NCBI RefSeq assembly: GCF_041146345.1
Contig: NW_027191404.1
Span: 930,001 to 994,000 of the forward strand
Direction: 5' to 3'
Length of the DNA: 64,000 bases
Origin: Neodothiora populina
Lineage: Eukaryota
Below are positions 25,203 through 37,612 of the stretch, one piece after another (position 1 is the first letter of the stretch; every line of letters starts with the position of its first letter). The notes under the pieces are model-generated. The model did not search any database. It saw only the letters and a program-made list of their open reading frames with translations, and was not told the origin of the DNA. The position numbers and the translations under genes were made by a program.

Positions 25203-26389
25203 TAGTTTTCGAACCATGAAAGAGAAGGAATGGTGCGCCAGGGAGATTCGATGATATAGCCGAGATGTCGACAAGCGAGCCAGCAAAGTCTACGAGTTGG
25301 TGTGCAAACCGACAAGCCCAAACAGCGGACAGCGGCGAATGGTGTAACATGAAGAGCAGTAATGACGATATCAGCTATGAGAATGTGAACGGAGAGAAGC
25401 GAACTCGGGCAGGAGTGGGCGTGTGCGACAGGAACACGCGAACGTGAGACGACGAATCGTGACTTCAAAATTGCATGCGGAAGAATATCCAGTGGTAGCG
25501 ACGATATTTGTTTATATCAAGAATGGTAGTATAGCACGCCAAGTGGTCGTGGAGAACAATCAACAATGACAACAAGCTTGGCTGGCTGTTTATAGTACAG
25601 CGACATGTTCATATGTACACCCTTGCGAGGTGGTTGCGAACGCGCTTGATGATCACCCCAAGAATTCATGTGGCTTTTATCGTGCGATCACCATTGCACA
25701 GGTTCACTGTACGGCAAGGCACATCACTCTGGATAGACGGTAGGTTTCCCATGGTCGTTTAAGCTTAGAGCACGGAAATTGCTTGATCGATCCGGGCCGG
25801 CGCCACGGCGTTCCTCACTGTCTAAGGTACAGTGACTGTACCCTACAACGTCTCGAGGTGGGGGCTTTTAACGGTCTTTGCGTTCTTGTGCTTGAAATGC
25901 TGCCACATCTGTTACGAGCGCAATGGGCAAGTGATCGCGCATCCCGAGTGGTTTCCTGTGGTTCTTATGGTTGTCAATTGTTGGAGCTACTGTGCCGTAC
26001 CGCTGTCCAAGGTCTTGTGTCAACCCCTTCACTCTGCGCTGCTCTCCCGTGGTGGATTCCTGCCGGCTCTTTCGCATCGCGTGTACGTGCATGTGTGAGT
26101 GAGCGAGTGAAAGCGTGTGTATGTGCTCTTTCTCTCCTGCAGTGAACGAACGAGGTGAGGGGGACCCCTGCATCTTAGCCATATGCAACCCCCATAAGGA
26201 GTGATTACCTACCTCCTTCCTGACCAGCCCTCTTCTCTCTCTCTTTTCTTTTGATTGTTTCTTGGGCGTCGTTCACTTTTTTTTTTTAATCTTTGCGCTA
26301 CTGCTGCTTCTATCTGGCTGCCATCGCTATTGTCTCTCATGCGACAGTTTCGAGGATTTGGCAAGGGGGTTCTTCGCTGAGACACTATA

Positions 26390-29041
26390 ATGGCGGCCAC
26401 TCTCGATGAGGCTGCGCGTCCGGCGACACCTCTAGATTATCATCGATTAGATAGTCTTCGCTCCCAGGATGCTGTCGTCCTTCCCCCTTCGATGCCAACA
26501 ACCACAACAGGTTCCCCTTCCTCCCCGATTGGCAGACAGCCCTTTCAACAGCAAATCCAACACACGCTCCCGCAAGCACAATTGCAATCGCCGTCGTCAC
26601 CGTCGCAGTCTGAAAAAATCATCGACTCTTCCACCCCTTCGACCCCGCCGAGTCGAGTCGTCCCCACCTTTCATTTCGCTCCTGACAACCAAGTAAAGCG
26701 CGACTCTGGCATTGACCACTCGACCTCCACGTCGGCCACTGATCATTGCTCTCCCCCACCTATAGCAGCCTCACCCCTGCAATACGCTAATGTGGTGAGG
26801 GAGCCACGCAGTCTACCCTCTATTTTTGTGCATGATGCACAGCCACCCAAGAGCAGCAGGAGTAATAGAAGTTTCTTCCGAAAGTTCTCACGGGACGCTG
26901 ATGGTCTTCCTGCGCCCGAGGAGGAGTCTGCTGATGTCGCTGCCAATTCTGGACACCGCAAGATTCGCTCCTTCCATGGCATAGACCTGGACATACCCAC
27001 CGAGACCGGATTCGAAGACCTGAACCAGCCAGAGAAACTGCAATTCTCCAACAGAGGAAGCGTTCTATTGAACGGCCACAAGCTAGCTGCCATGGCCGAT
27101 GCTAACTCTGCTGCCGATGCTGATGCTGATGCTCAGACTGACGGGGTCAACCACGACGCCCAAGAGACTGTCTCTTTACCTGATGCATCCAATATGCCTG
27201 CTAAAGGTACCGGGCTGAAGACTGGACGACGAAAGCCGAGCGTGCATCTATTGCAGGCTGTTTTGCAGGGCTCGCGTGTCTTGTCGGCTGAGGAAGTCAC
27301 CTTTTCAAGACGTGTGCGCACCATGTACGAGTATGGTGACGAGAAGGCAGCCGACTGGTCTGTCTCGGATACCGAAGTGCCATCATTCATAGCTAGTGAA
27401 CATTCGCCCATCCAAGAAGAGTCCTTCGAACGCGACACCACCCCTGAGCCAGATGCATCTGCTTTGGTTATTGATCACCCTCGTAAACGTCCGCAAACAA
27501 CTGGTCGCACGGCATCCGCCAACAACCCTGAGTCCAGGATGAGCTACATTGCTCGTGAGCCAAACGAGCGGGCTGGGGGCATTGAAGACTGGAACGGACT
27601 CGATTCTCTTCCGCCAGGCTCTGTAGACAGATACGGCTTCATCAAGCCCACACGCGTCAAGTCGACTGACACCGCTAGTGCAAGCTTGGCCGCTCCCGAT
27701 ATCCGTCCAGCCATGCAGCGTGTCAGCACTTCCTTGCAGATGATGTCTAACAATCCACGCCAGCCTAGACGGGGTATATTCCGTGGCGCATCGGTGTCTT
27801 CCAAACGCTACTCGCGTTCGCTACCTCCAAGCCGTGCGGATAGCAGACACACATCCCGTACTACAGCGAACAGCATATACAGCTACAGGTCTAGCCACAG
27901 CACCGTCAGAGTTCACAACCCTTTCCGCTCACGAGAGAGACGGATCCTTGAGGAAGCTAGTGATATGCTCACCCTGCCTGCAGATCTGGGCAACGTGAAG
28001 CAAGTAGACAACGATGTCTATCACGATCATCTCCGACGTCGCGAATGGGGTCGTGAGAAGAAATGGCACGAAATGGCTCGTCGAGTCCCTTCCGACCAAA
28101 AGGGTGGTGGCATGAAATTCGACTTCGACGTTCGTGATCCCAAGCTCGTAGCACGTACCTGGAAGGGCATCCCTGATCGCTGGCGCGCCACTGCCTGGCA
28201 CTCTTTCTTGTCCACATCTGCACGCAAGCGAGGCTGTGATACAACCGATGATACACTGATCCGCCTGTTCTTCGAATATCAAGAGCAGAGCTCGGCCGAT
28301 GACGTTCAGATCGATGTCGATGTACCAAGGACTATTAACATGCACGTCATGTTCCGGCGTCGCTACCGTGGTGGTCAGCGTCTACTGTTTCGTGTTTTGC
28401 ATGCTATTTCACTGCACTTTCCAGAGACTGGCTACGTGCAAGGTATGGCTGCGCTTGCAGCAACCTTGCTGTGCTATTATGACGAGGAGATGGCATTTGT
28501 CATGCTCGTTCGCATGTGGCAGTTACGCGGCCTGGAGGAGCTTTACCGTTCTGGCTTCGAGGGTCTCATGGCTGCCCTCGAGGAATTCAATACGCAGTGG
28601 CTGGCCAACGATGCTGAAGTATCTGAAAGGCTGATTGACCTCGGTATCGATCCGACCGCCTACGGCACCCGCTGGTACCTGACACTCTTCAACATGTCAA
28701 TACCTTTCCCTGCTCAACTCCGCATCTGGGACGTCTACATGCTCCTCGGAGATGCACCCAGATCGCAGCTCTCACATGCCTCCACCGTGTCGGTTAACGC
28801 TCCTACAAAGCAACAGAAAGGTCGCTTTGGAGGTGCTGACCTCAGTGTCTTGCACGCCGCTAGTGCTGCCATTGTCGAGGCCATGCGCGTCGTCCTCCTT
28901 GACTCGGACTTTGAGAACTCGATGAAGGTCCTCACGTCTTGGGTGCCCGTGCAGGACGAAGACACGCTTATGAGGGTTGCACGAGCAGAGTGGAAGATTG
29001 GCATGAGGAACAGGCGGAGAGAGGGTAAAATCATGAGCTAA
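26390..29041 (+). CDS. TBC-domain Rab GTPase-activating protein
   Basis: 883-aa intronless ORF with VDRYGF, WKGIPDRWRATAW, QIDVDVPRT (R finger), GYVQGMA (Q finger) and LRIWD. Confidence 0.95.
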   Translation: MAATLDEAARPATPLDYHRLDSLRSQDAVVLPPSMPTTTTGSPSSPIGRQPFQQQIQHTLPQAQLQSPSSPSQSEKIIDSSTPSTPPSRVVPTFHFAPDNQVKRDSGIDHSTSTSATDHCSPPPIAASPLQYANVVREPRSLPSIFVHDAQPPKSSRSNRSFFRKFSRDADGLPAPEEESADVAANSGHRKIRSFHGIDLDIPTETGFEDLNQPEKLQFSNRGSVLLNGHKLAAMADANSAADADADAQTDGVNHDAQETVSLPDASNMPAKGTGLKTGRRKPSVHLLQAVLQGSRVLSAEEVTFSRRVRTMYEYGDEKAADWSVSDTEVPSFIASEHSPIQEESFERDTTPEPDASALVIDHPRKRPQTTGRTASANNPESRMSYIAREPNERAGGIEDWNGLDSLPPGSVDRYGFIKPTRVKSTDTASASLAAPDIRPAMQRVSTSLQMMSNNPRQPRRGIFRGASVSSKRYSRSLPPSRADSRHTSRTTANSIYSYRSSHSTVRVHNPFRSRERRILEEASDMLTLPADLGNVKQVDNDVYHDHLRRREWGREKKWHEMARRVPSDQKGGGMKFDFDVRDPKLVARTWKGIPDRWRATAWHSFLSTSARKRGCDTTDDTLIRLFFEYQEQSSADDVQIDVDVPRTINMHVMFRRRYRGGQRLLFRVLHAISLHFPETGYVQGMAALAATLLCYYDEEMAFVMLVRMWQLRGLEELYRSGFEGLMAALEEFNTQWLANDAEVSERLIDLGIDPTAYGTRWYLTLFNMSIPFPAQLRIWDVYMLLGDAPRSQLSHASTVSVNAPTKQQKGRFGGADLSVLHAASAAIVEAMRVVLLDSDFENSMKVLTSWVPVQDEDTLMRVARAEWKIGMRNRRREGKIMS

Positions 29042-30398
29042 TGGGTTTGACGATTATGATCACAAAAAAAAGCAAGCCGCAATAATACTCTGATCAGAGC
29101 TGATCGGCGGGAGCACATTCACGCTCACGCCACTGTCTATCGACTCCACCGGATCAATTCTCTTTATTTTTCTTTGCTGTTTCTTGCCGATACGGCGTTT
29201 TCTTTTCGTCTCGGTTTTGTTTTGTTTTTCGCATCTGTTTCTGCTATTGTCTACGCACGATATCCCCCAAGGTTGCTGTATCTGGCATTTTTCTTTTCTG
29301 TTCTGTACTTTTCTTTTCTGATGCACATGCACAAAGGATGCCATGTCACATAGGCTCCACGGCCACAGCAGCTTCTTTTCTTTGAAACTTTTTCATTTCT
29401 CGACATGGGCGCCTGTACCTTCGGTCTCGACCGGGTTTCCAACGGAAGAGTACGGTGGACTACAAAAGCTTCTCTCCTTCTTTCGGCTTCATACCTGTCA
29501 TGGCTCTGTGAAAGGCTAGTCACGCACTCTTTTTCCTTTTTTTCTGCCTTTCGAATCTCCTTGATCTGTGCAGGAGAGATACTGTTCCTGCGAGAAGGAG
29601 GTCTGAAATATTTAATATAAGATACCCCCTCCCTGAATGAGGAAAGTGGAGAATCAAGGGAAGCGATTAGTGGCATGAAGAGCAGCAGCGGCAGCAGCGA
29701 CGAAATAGTCAAAGAAGCACATGTTCTTATTCTGTGGCTCTGTCTGTTCGTCTGCCTCGCTGTACCACTCTTTTTCTTCTCGGTGTTCTGTTTCTTTTCT
29801 CGAGGACTATAGTTGATGAAACATAGTTAACTTTTAATCTGAACTGCAAACCATACAGCCAGCCCTTCCCTTATTTTCTTTATCAACACTGTGCAGTTGT
29901 GTCATCTTCGTGTTTCGTGATTCCTGATATCCGATCGGGTATTGCGAGTTGATATGCCTTGTTCTTCCTCGCAGTATCCGCTGTTAGCACAACCACCCCA
30001 TAGGGAAAGAAAAAGGAAGACCATCTTGTTTCCACATCTGATCTACGACTAGCCATACACATCTTAGTCCCGTCCACAAGACGCCAAAAACGAGATACTG
30101 GGTTGTGGATGTCTGGAGGGCGACCCTGGTCATGAATTTTAGATACATAATTCGATCCTAAGTTGCTGCCGGGGGGAGCATGTGTGATCTTGCAGGTTGT
30201 TTGGGCCTTCTACCCATGATCTCGCAATAGAAATGGTGGTGTGGAGGCAAGGGACATCATTATATCGACTGAATATTTTGATCAAGTCTGGTAAACAGTG
30301 CAAAAGAACCATGTGATCATCATCGACCATGGCTTGAATGTCACTCCAAAAACCATCGTTCAACAAACCCGGCTTCTCACTTTTGCATCATTTTCATA

Positions 30399-31753
30399 TC
30401 AGACCATCCTCAACCCACTCTTGTCCTCGACAGCATTAGCATACCCCTTCTCCATGGGCGGCGCTTTCTCCCCCGAAATACCACTCTTAGTCAGATGCAG
30501 ACTCAATCCCTCCTCGCCGCCCTCGTGCACGGCGCCACCTTTAGAGATCTTCTGCAGACTGTCACGCATGAGAATCTCGTAGTACGTCGTGGCGAAGATG
30601 GTCGCGGGCACGTTGACCAGGATGCCGATCCAGCTGTAGTTCTTGTAGCTGAAGGCTTCGCCGCCGAAGAAGATTGCCGCTACACATCTGCAGCCGAGAT
30701 CTCTGGCTAGGTTCGTGGAGATAGTGATGTCGGCGAAGCTGGGAGGGTGAGTTGCTTGTTAGTTTCCCTGTTACCGCAGAGCAGACGTTGAGCAAGTCAC
30801 GGAAGAGTCTTACCCCATGATCATCGCGCCATATGAAAGACCGATGGCGAATGGAGCTCCGGCAGGTGCGACGAATGGGTTGGCTGGGTCAAGAACTGCC
30901 CAAATCACAACGCCCTAGAACACAACCATTAACTCTATCCGGGATCACGGTAGACAAGGACGTACAATGTAAGAGTCGACGAAAAACTCGATCACGAACA
31001 AGTATCCTAGGCTTTGGTACGGATTGGGAAAAGAGGCAAATATACTTGCCGGACCACCGTTGAAGACCATAGAAGTAGTTCCTTCGGCCTTCAAAGTAGC
31101 TACATAGGCGGAGATTTGCTGGTGGTATTGCCCATAGACAATGAGACCCGCCATGAATGATCCGAAGATCTGTGCGAAGATATAGTAGGGCACTTTCTTC
31201 AGAGGGAAACCCTGCCAGATCGCGAAATATATGGTGACTGCAGGATTGAAATGGCTGTCATAATAGGTCACTGCCCAATACTGCAACAGTCAAAGAATGT
31301 TGTTGACTTACCCTCCCGAGGTAGCGGCACATGTGATTATGGCGAAAGCGATGCCAAAGGAATAAGCAAACGCGACCTGAAGTAAACTCCCGAAAGCGGC
31401 ATCTGTTTTGTTGAGGAAGAAACTTGCAGTAGCTGCAATGCCAGGATAGACTAAAATGGGTCAGCAAGTGACACCACGGCAGGCTAGATTGCAGTCTTAC
31501 CATAGAAGAATACTCCTGTAGCCTCAGCTGCCATCTCACGAAGCCATCGCGGTCTTGCATGCTCGAAGTCGAGCTTGCGCTGGCTTACTACCTTTGGTGA
31601 AACAACATGTCTTTGGAAGTGCTGCTGGACTGCTTCCGTAGCACCCAACTCGAGGTCGTTCTATGGTCGAAACATCAGTAAATTATCGCAGCCATCACTA
31701 CACGATACTTGAGCTACCGTTCTCAGCCTTTCAATATGGTCTATATCTGCCAT
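30399..31753 (-). CDS. Aquaglyceroporin (MIP family), multi-exon
   Basis: ATG at 31753. Spliced frame includes RPRWLREMAAEATGVFFY, TSGGHFNPAVT, YIFAQIFGSF, a second motif ISTNLARDLGCR, and NVPATIFATTYYE. Confidence 0.92.
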
Positions 31754-32801
31754 AATGAAGCAACTATCGAGGGTAGGACAAAGTCTGAAATGATTTCAAC
31801 GACAAGTCTAAATGATTGTTTTCAAGGGTTTCAGACTCTGCACATCTACTTATGAGTGAAGGAGGGGTCGGCGAGGTGCTTGCTTTTAAGTTCTTCGGCT
31901 TGGTCAAATGGTAGATGCATTGTCGAGCGAGAGCATGGTCGTGAGCCGTCCTGACGATAGCCGTCGTAATAATTAATAATACAACAGCAGCACAATGCAA
32001 CTGCATACTGTTCAGCGCCACGTACCATACATGGCAAGGCTGGTACGGATTTCTCGGGTTGATCTTGTGAAAAGTCCGATCAGTACGGATCATGATGGAT
32101 GTGTAGCAGGGGGGTGGAGACATCATGTTGCGATCACGTCCTGAGCTACTTGTACCGTACCCTGTAGCAAATGAACTTTACCCGCATCTTTACAAAGGCC
32201 CTTGGTGAAGTCTGTTTGAACGAAAACCTACCTGTATACTTATTCGGTGATCTACTGTATCAATCAACTCTCTGGTCGATGTTGTAGATGCTGATAGTGG
32301 GAAACATCCAGAGCTTGATGCGACTTTGATACTTGTCGAACCCCGCTCCAGCAGGAGCAAGATACTAGCATACCTTGTGCGATTACTCAATACCGTCAAA
32401 AGATGTGGCAGCAGTCGGCTATCCGGATGCATGTCTGAGCAGATGCTGTGCGATGTGATGGAAGAAAGAGGCAAGCGCATGGGCGATCGGCAGCCCCAAG
32501 CGTGGGGTACATGTGCTGATGAACTGGTTCCCCGTGGGGTTTGATATCAAGTGCGGCCCCCTCTCCGAGTCATACATACACTTGATGTCCATAGATCCAT
32601 AGTAATGTCATGGTGTTCCTCGGCAAAGACCGCCGGTCAAATGTTTGCACCGACAGAGACACCTGCATGTCAGCATAATAATGTTACAATGCAAGTCGCC
32701 CTGTAGTTCGAACCCCTCAAGATAGCAAGACTGCAGTACGTGGACTGTAAAGTGGTGATCACCTGCAAGGCTGCGCCACCTTGCGACAGCAGCTAGAGTA
32801 C

Positions 32802-33553
32802 TCATTCCTCTTCATCGCTCGTCGCCTCGTGATTTTTCTTGCTGTACTTGAACTCCTCAAGCTTGCCTGCAGGCTTTGGAGGGTCTGATGCTGTTCCACC
32901 TTCATGACTCCCCTCAGCTTCGTTCTCAACGTTAGCTGAAGATGGTGCATCAACGACAGCAGATGGAGCGGCGCCATAATCGGGTCTCGCTATGTCTTCG
33001 CCTTTGTCCTTCAAGCATGCCTCCAGTTGTGGCAATAATTCAATGATAGCGTTGAACTGCTCTACAGAGAGACTGATGCCCTGGAGCATGAAGTCAGTGA
33101 TGCTCAGGCTTCCAAGATTAGACAGCTGCGATACGAATGGTCTGACGCCATTGCATATCTTTAGTGGCTCCGAAGATCATACCTTCTTGCCAGGAAGACT
33201 CTTGCCATCCTTTTCATAGTACTCGCGTATGCTGTAATATGTTAGTGTTGAGCACATGCCGAAGAACCATAATTTAAGCATACTTTACAAGATGCGCGTT
33301 GTTATAAGTCGAGAGTGTAACTCGGCGTTTCGCAGATAGCTTTGATGACTTTAGTATGAGATAAAAATTGAAAAGTGACTACACTCACCTCCCAGTATTC
33401 ATTCCCTTCAGCGTCCTTCTGCAGGTCTTTTGAAGGAGCAGCTTTCGTTACCTTGGGTTTCTTGGACTTAGGAGCATCCTCCACGAAACCATCGTCCGAA
33501 CCGTACTCTTCTACTTCCGAGACCCGTTTACGCGACTTGTATTTTGGAGCCAT
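32802..33553 (-). CDS. SUB1: Transcriptional coactivator / ssDNA-binding protein PC4 (Sub1), 4 exons
   Basis: Spliced: EYWELSAKRRVTLSTYNNAHLVNIREYYEKDGKSLPGKKGISLSVEQF, the PC4 domain. Confidence 0.93.
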
Positions 33554-33968
33554 ATTTGATGCAGAAGACTTTGTTGGATGCGTCAGCCCAATATAGAGCT
33601 AGGGCTTGATAATGGACAGAATAGATTTGGGTTTCACGGGTATAACTAGTCGGCTAAGGTTGTGTAATGCTTATATTATTACTGCTCTGCCGTACTAATG
33701 GTGAGTGATTCTGTAAAGTGAAGCACGCGATCGAAGAAGACGCGAAAGACTGGTCGACGTCAGCGCCAAGGCCGTTCATTGTGAACGAAGTTGAGTGGAG
33801 TGGCAAACAAGTCGATTGTTCAATTAGTATTATTGGCAACATTTCCAGGTGTGTTAAAAGTTCTCCAAAGATATCACACGTCCCGGTCGCTTTGACAGGA
33901 AATATGTCTATTCGACCAGCGCATACGACTGCTGTTGGGTCTTTCAATGAGCTCTAGATGTAAACTTA

Positions 33969-35976
33969 ATGGATTGTCATGAACCACAAACGCCAAACCT
34001 TGATGAAAGTAATGGCATCATGACAGATCAAGACCCATGGAATGACACAACTACCACGGCCGCAAAAGGTGACCTTGAAAGTAATTATGGCTCAGAACTA
34101 GGACCCGAAGACGAGGCCGCACTCTCTGCTCTCCTTTCACAAACCGAATCACAATACGGGGATATACGTGATTTAGCTTCAGTTCGCAGAAATGGGGCAT
34201 ACCCTCTGCTTGACGGAAGTCGCGTGGCGACGTTCGATGGTGCATCCGAGGAGCTTGTGGATGAGACCGGTGTTACCTTCACAATTTTGGCGTTCGAGAG
34301 ACCTTCTCGTGAGGCGTCGGTCGAGGTTGAATACGACCCGCAGAATCGCATCGCTTTCTCCCGTACGTGGCCAAGCACAAATACATATATAGTCACTGAC
34401 GTGCTGACCATAGCGGATTGTAGCAAGGTCAGCAAGCGCTGATGCTGTACTGGTATCGCCTTCAGGTGACAGTCAAACTCCTCTAGAAGTAGTGCCGGAA
34501 CCCGAGGAGCCCGATCCATTTGATACACGTTCTCCGTTGGAGCGTTTCAAATCGAAAAGGCCGCTATCTGTCACAAACATTGTATCGCCAGCTTGGTGCG
34601 AAATGCAGTATTGGTATAACTTGACCAGGTATGGCCGCGTTCGTCGCACGAAAGCAATGAAACAAGGCTCTAGTGTCCACAAAGTCATGGAAGAACAGTC
34701 GACCACACAATTACCTGTTGAAGGGGTCAAATCACTAGTCAAGAAGGTACTGCAAGAAGAGCTAAAGACAGCTGTGACGGAAGAAACTCTTTCCACGGTG
34801 GTGAGAAAGGTCCTTGATAAGGAGAAGAGACCTGCTGTTCCTATCGATGTGGCTGCTGGGCTCATACACAAAGTCCTGAAGAAGGAGAACATTGCACCTG
34901 TCTCAATTGGTATCGTCAGCGAAGCATTACATAAAGCACTGGGCGAGAAGATGCGCATTGCCGTGCCTGTGGAGGTCGCGACCAAGGAGGATGCATTCGG
35001 CCTACGTATCTGGAATGTGATACATGCATTGCGTACACTGAGAGCGACAGGCTTGGCTCGAGAGATTGAAGTGTGGGCTGAAGTCGAGGGCGAAGTTGTC
35101 AATGGCATCATTGACGAACTTAGCTTTCAATGTCCCGATGACGAACTCGAGGCCAGACTCATGGAAAAGAAGGAGCGCACAACGGCAGGAAAACGCAAAA
35201 GAACATTTTCAGTACCCACAAACCAGGCTACACTTCAATCCTTATGGCAAAACACCACTGCTGGCAGCGATGAAGGGGGTTCGTGGCTGGGAACACTGCA
35301 CCAAGCTCGCACAGTCTATCTTGCTGACATCAAGACTCGCGGTTCGGTGTCGGTGCCCACCGGCGATGCTGCCCTTAGACCTACTGTCATGCAGTTGATG
35401 ATGTATCATCGTATGCTGTCTCTTCTTGCCGCAAATTGCGTGCCAGCTCAGAAGATCTTCGAGCGCTACAAATTGGACAACGCAGCTCATTTCAGTGACA
35501 GCTTCATGGCTCAGATGAGCAGTCTAGACACTCTATCTGCGGAGGAACGTATCTCTGACTTTGAGATCGAACAGGATGCTATCGATGAGATTCTTGGTCA
35601 CAACACGCTGGAAAAGCTATGGACGCTGATGACATCAGAAATGGCTCGCACAATGCCTTTCTCCAAAGACAAGAGCGTTTCACCAATTGGGGATGTACTT
35701 CGGGTCGAATACCGTGCGTCACGAACCGGGACAGTCATCGGCACGAAAACATTTGCCTACGATGGTCCTATACTTGATGCATACTTGCAGCAGATCATGG
35801 CATGGTGGAAGGGACAGCGAATGCCCAAGGGAGTCGATATCGAAGAAGCGTTCAAATGTCGCAGCTGCGAGTTTGTAGAGCGATGTTCTTGGCGCAAAGA
35901 CAAAGCTGATCAGCATCTCAAAGTCGCAAGCAAGAATAGACTGAGAAGGCAGGAAAGGTCATCCAGTCAGGTGTGA
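33969..35976 (+). CDS. EXO5: Exonuclease V (Exo5/Dem1), Fe-S RecB-family nuclease, with an internal 5 x 21-aa repeat
   Basis: Motifs LSVT...PAWCEMQY, NGIIDEL, ADIKTR, QLMMY and C-terminal KCRSCEFVERC. Intron 34363-34423. The start could instead be 34020. Confidence 0.92.
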
Positions 35977-37612
35977 GGAACAGACCCCGGCGCAGCACTA
36001 AGCTTCAGCGGTCCACTTGTGCCTGTTGCATCATGGTTACACGAAATCATCGTTTAGATAATGCCTTATATGAGGTTTTGGTATCTTCACGCAAGCCCTT
36101 GGTTCTAATAATATCCTGATTCACTTCAGAAACGTCGAAACAGATACCTCATGAGGCGTCAGCCGATAATAGATATAGACAGAGTGCGTGCATCACCAAA
36201 CGAATGGCGATTTGTATTTGAAGCCCGGATCTCTGATGCCTCTGTTTGGCAATCCTCTACTATGGGACAAGGCCAAGCGACCTCTTTGCACAGCTTCATG
36301 ATGGCTGTTTAAGAACAAATATCTTGCGCACGCCTGTAACGAAGGCTTAGTCAACCACAGCTGACAGGCTAGAGCTGCGGGTCGCATGTTCATGCTTAGC
36401 CATGGTGCTACTCCTTTTATGTCCTCCTTCGAATGTATAGGTAGTACTGGACATTATAGTGTGCCAGAGTATGCAGATTCATTTCATAGGAGGTGGTGGT
36501 GCAACTCTTCAGCCAAAATTTCCCCAATAACCCGAGGAATGTAATCAGGACGATCTTGTGGCCTGCCCTTTCATCATGGCAAATGCCGATCTATCTTAGC
36601 TACCTACCTATACCAATGGGACCCAGCGTGTCATATCTGTGCCGTAGCCCGATATGCGGTATGGACCAGGGCAGAAAATTCATGCAAATACTGCAGATGA
36701 ATAGAGCCCCTTTTCTGAACTGACAAGGATATTGCGGTTCTTGTTGTTGATAGAATTGCGGGTTCAACGGACAAATCAATACGACAGTTGAAGTAACGGC
36801 TTCTTGTACGTTGACAAGACATTGCTTTGTTTACATCTTCGGGTCGTCCTTTGCTACACGCAACTATTGGCACCTATCTACCAACTGATCAGCACACCTA
36901 CTTATTCACTCGCGATCTCTGACAAAGGATCTTGAGGGCTCTGACACTGGTCGAGGTGTATGGGTAGGGTTGGTGTTTTAGTGGCTTGCTAAAGTTGTTT
37001 TGGGAGGGGAGTAAAAACAGACACACGCGTTTCAGTAGACGTGTAATCTCCGTTAAGCAGCAAAGGCCAATCACCGTACAGTGCCTGGGAGATCCAAACC
37101 CTGATGGGCAAAGTTTAAGCGACAAAAAGCTGGGGGATGGTCGTCACATCACATCCTTTAGAGCACTCCAAGGTCGCATGAAGGACGTATTGCATATTGA
37201 TCCCGTTAAGGGCGACAAAAGATATCTAAATTGATCGGGTCACGATCGCTCTGGTCTGTAACGGTGGTTGTTGTAATCTTTGCTGTTCATGAGGAGGCGT
37301 CAACGTTGTTGTTTCTTCAGTGATGGTTGTCTAGAATGCAGATGTAACGTTTTTGGCCTAAATCGCATACCACTCATTTTACATTGGCTCCACGAACGTT
37401 GTGTACATGCCTCGACGGTAGTGCCTGGTCTGGGCGAGCAGCGTCTGAACACTGATATACTCTTGCATTCCTCGGTCGCCGCGACATTGTCGTCGCTGCA
37501 CCACACCACACCATTCGTCAAGATTTCTTGACTTCCATTCTTTTCACCTGCTTGCTGCCGACCAAACAACACAATCGCTACCGTAAAATCTGGTCTCTGT
37601 CCACGCCTGACC

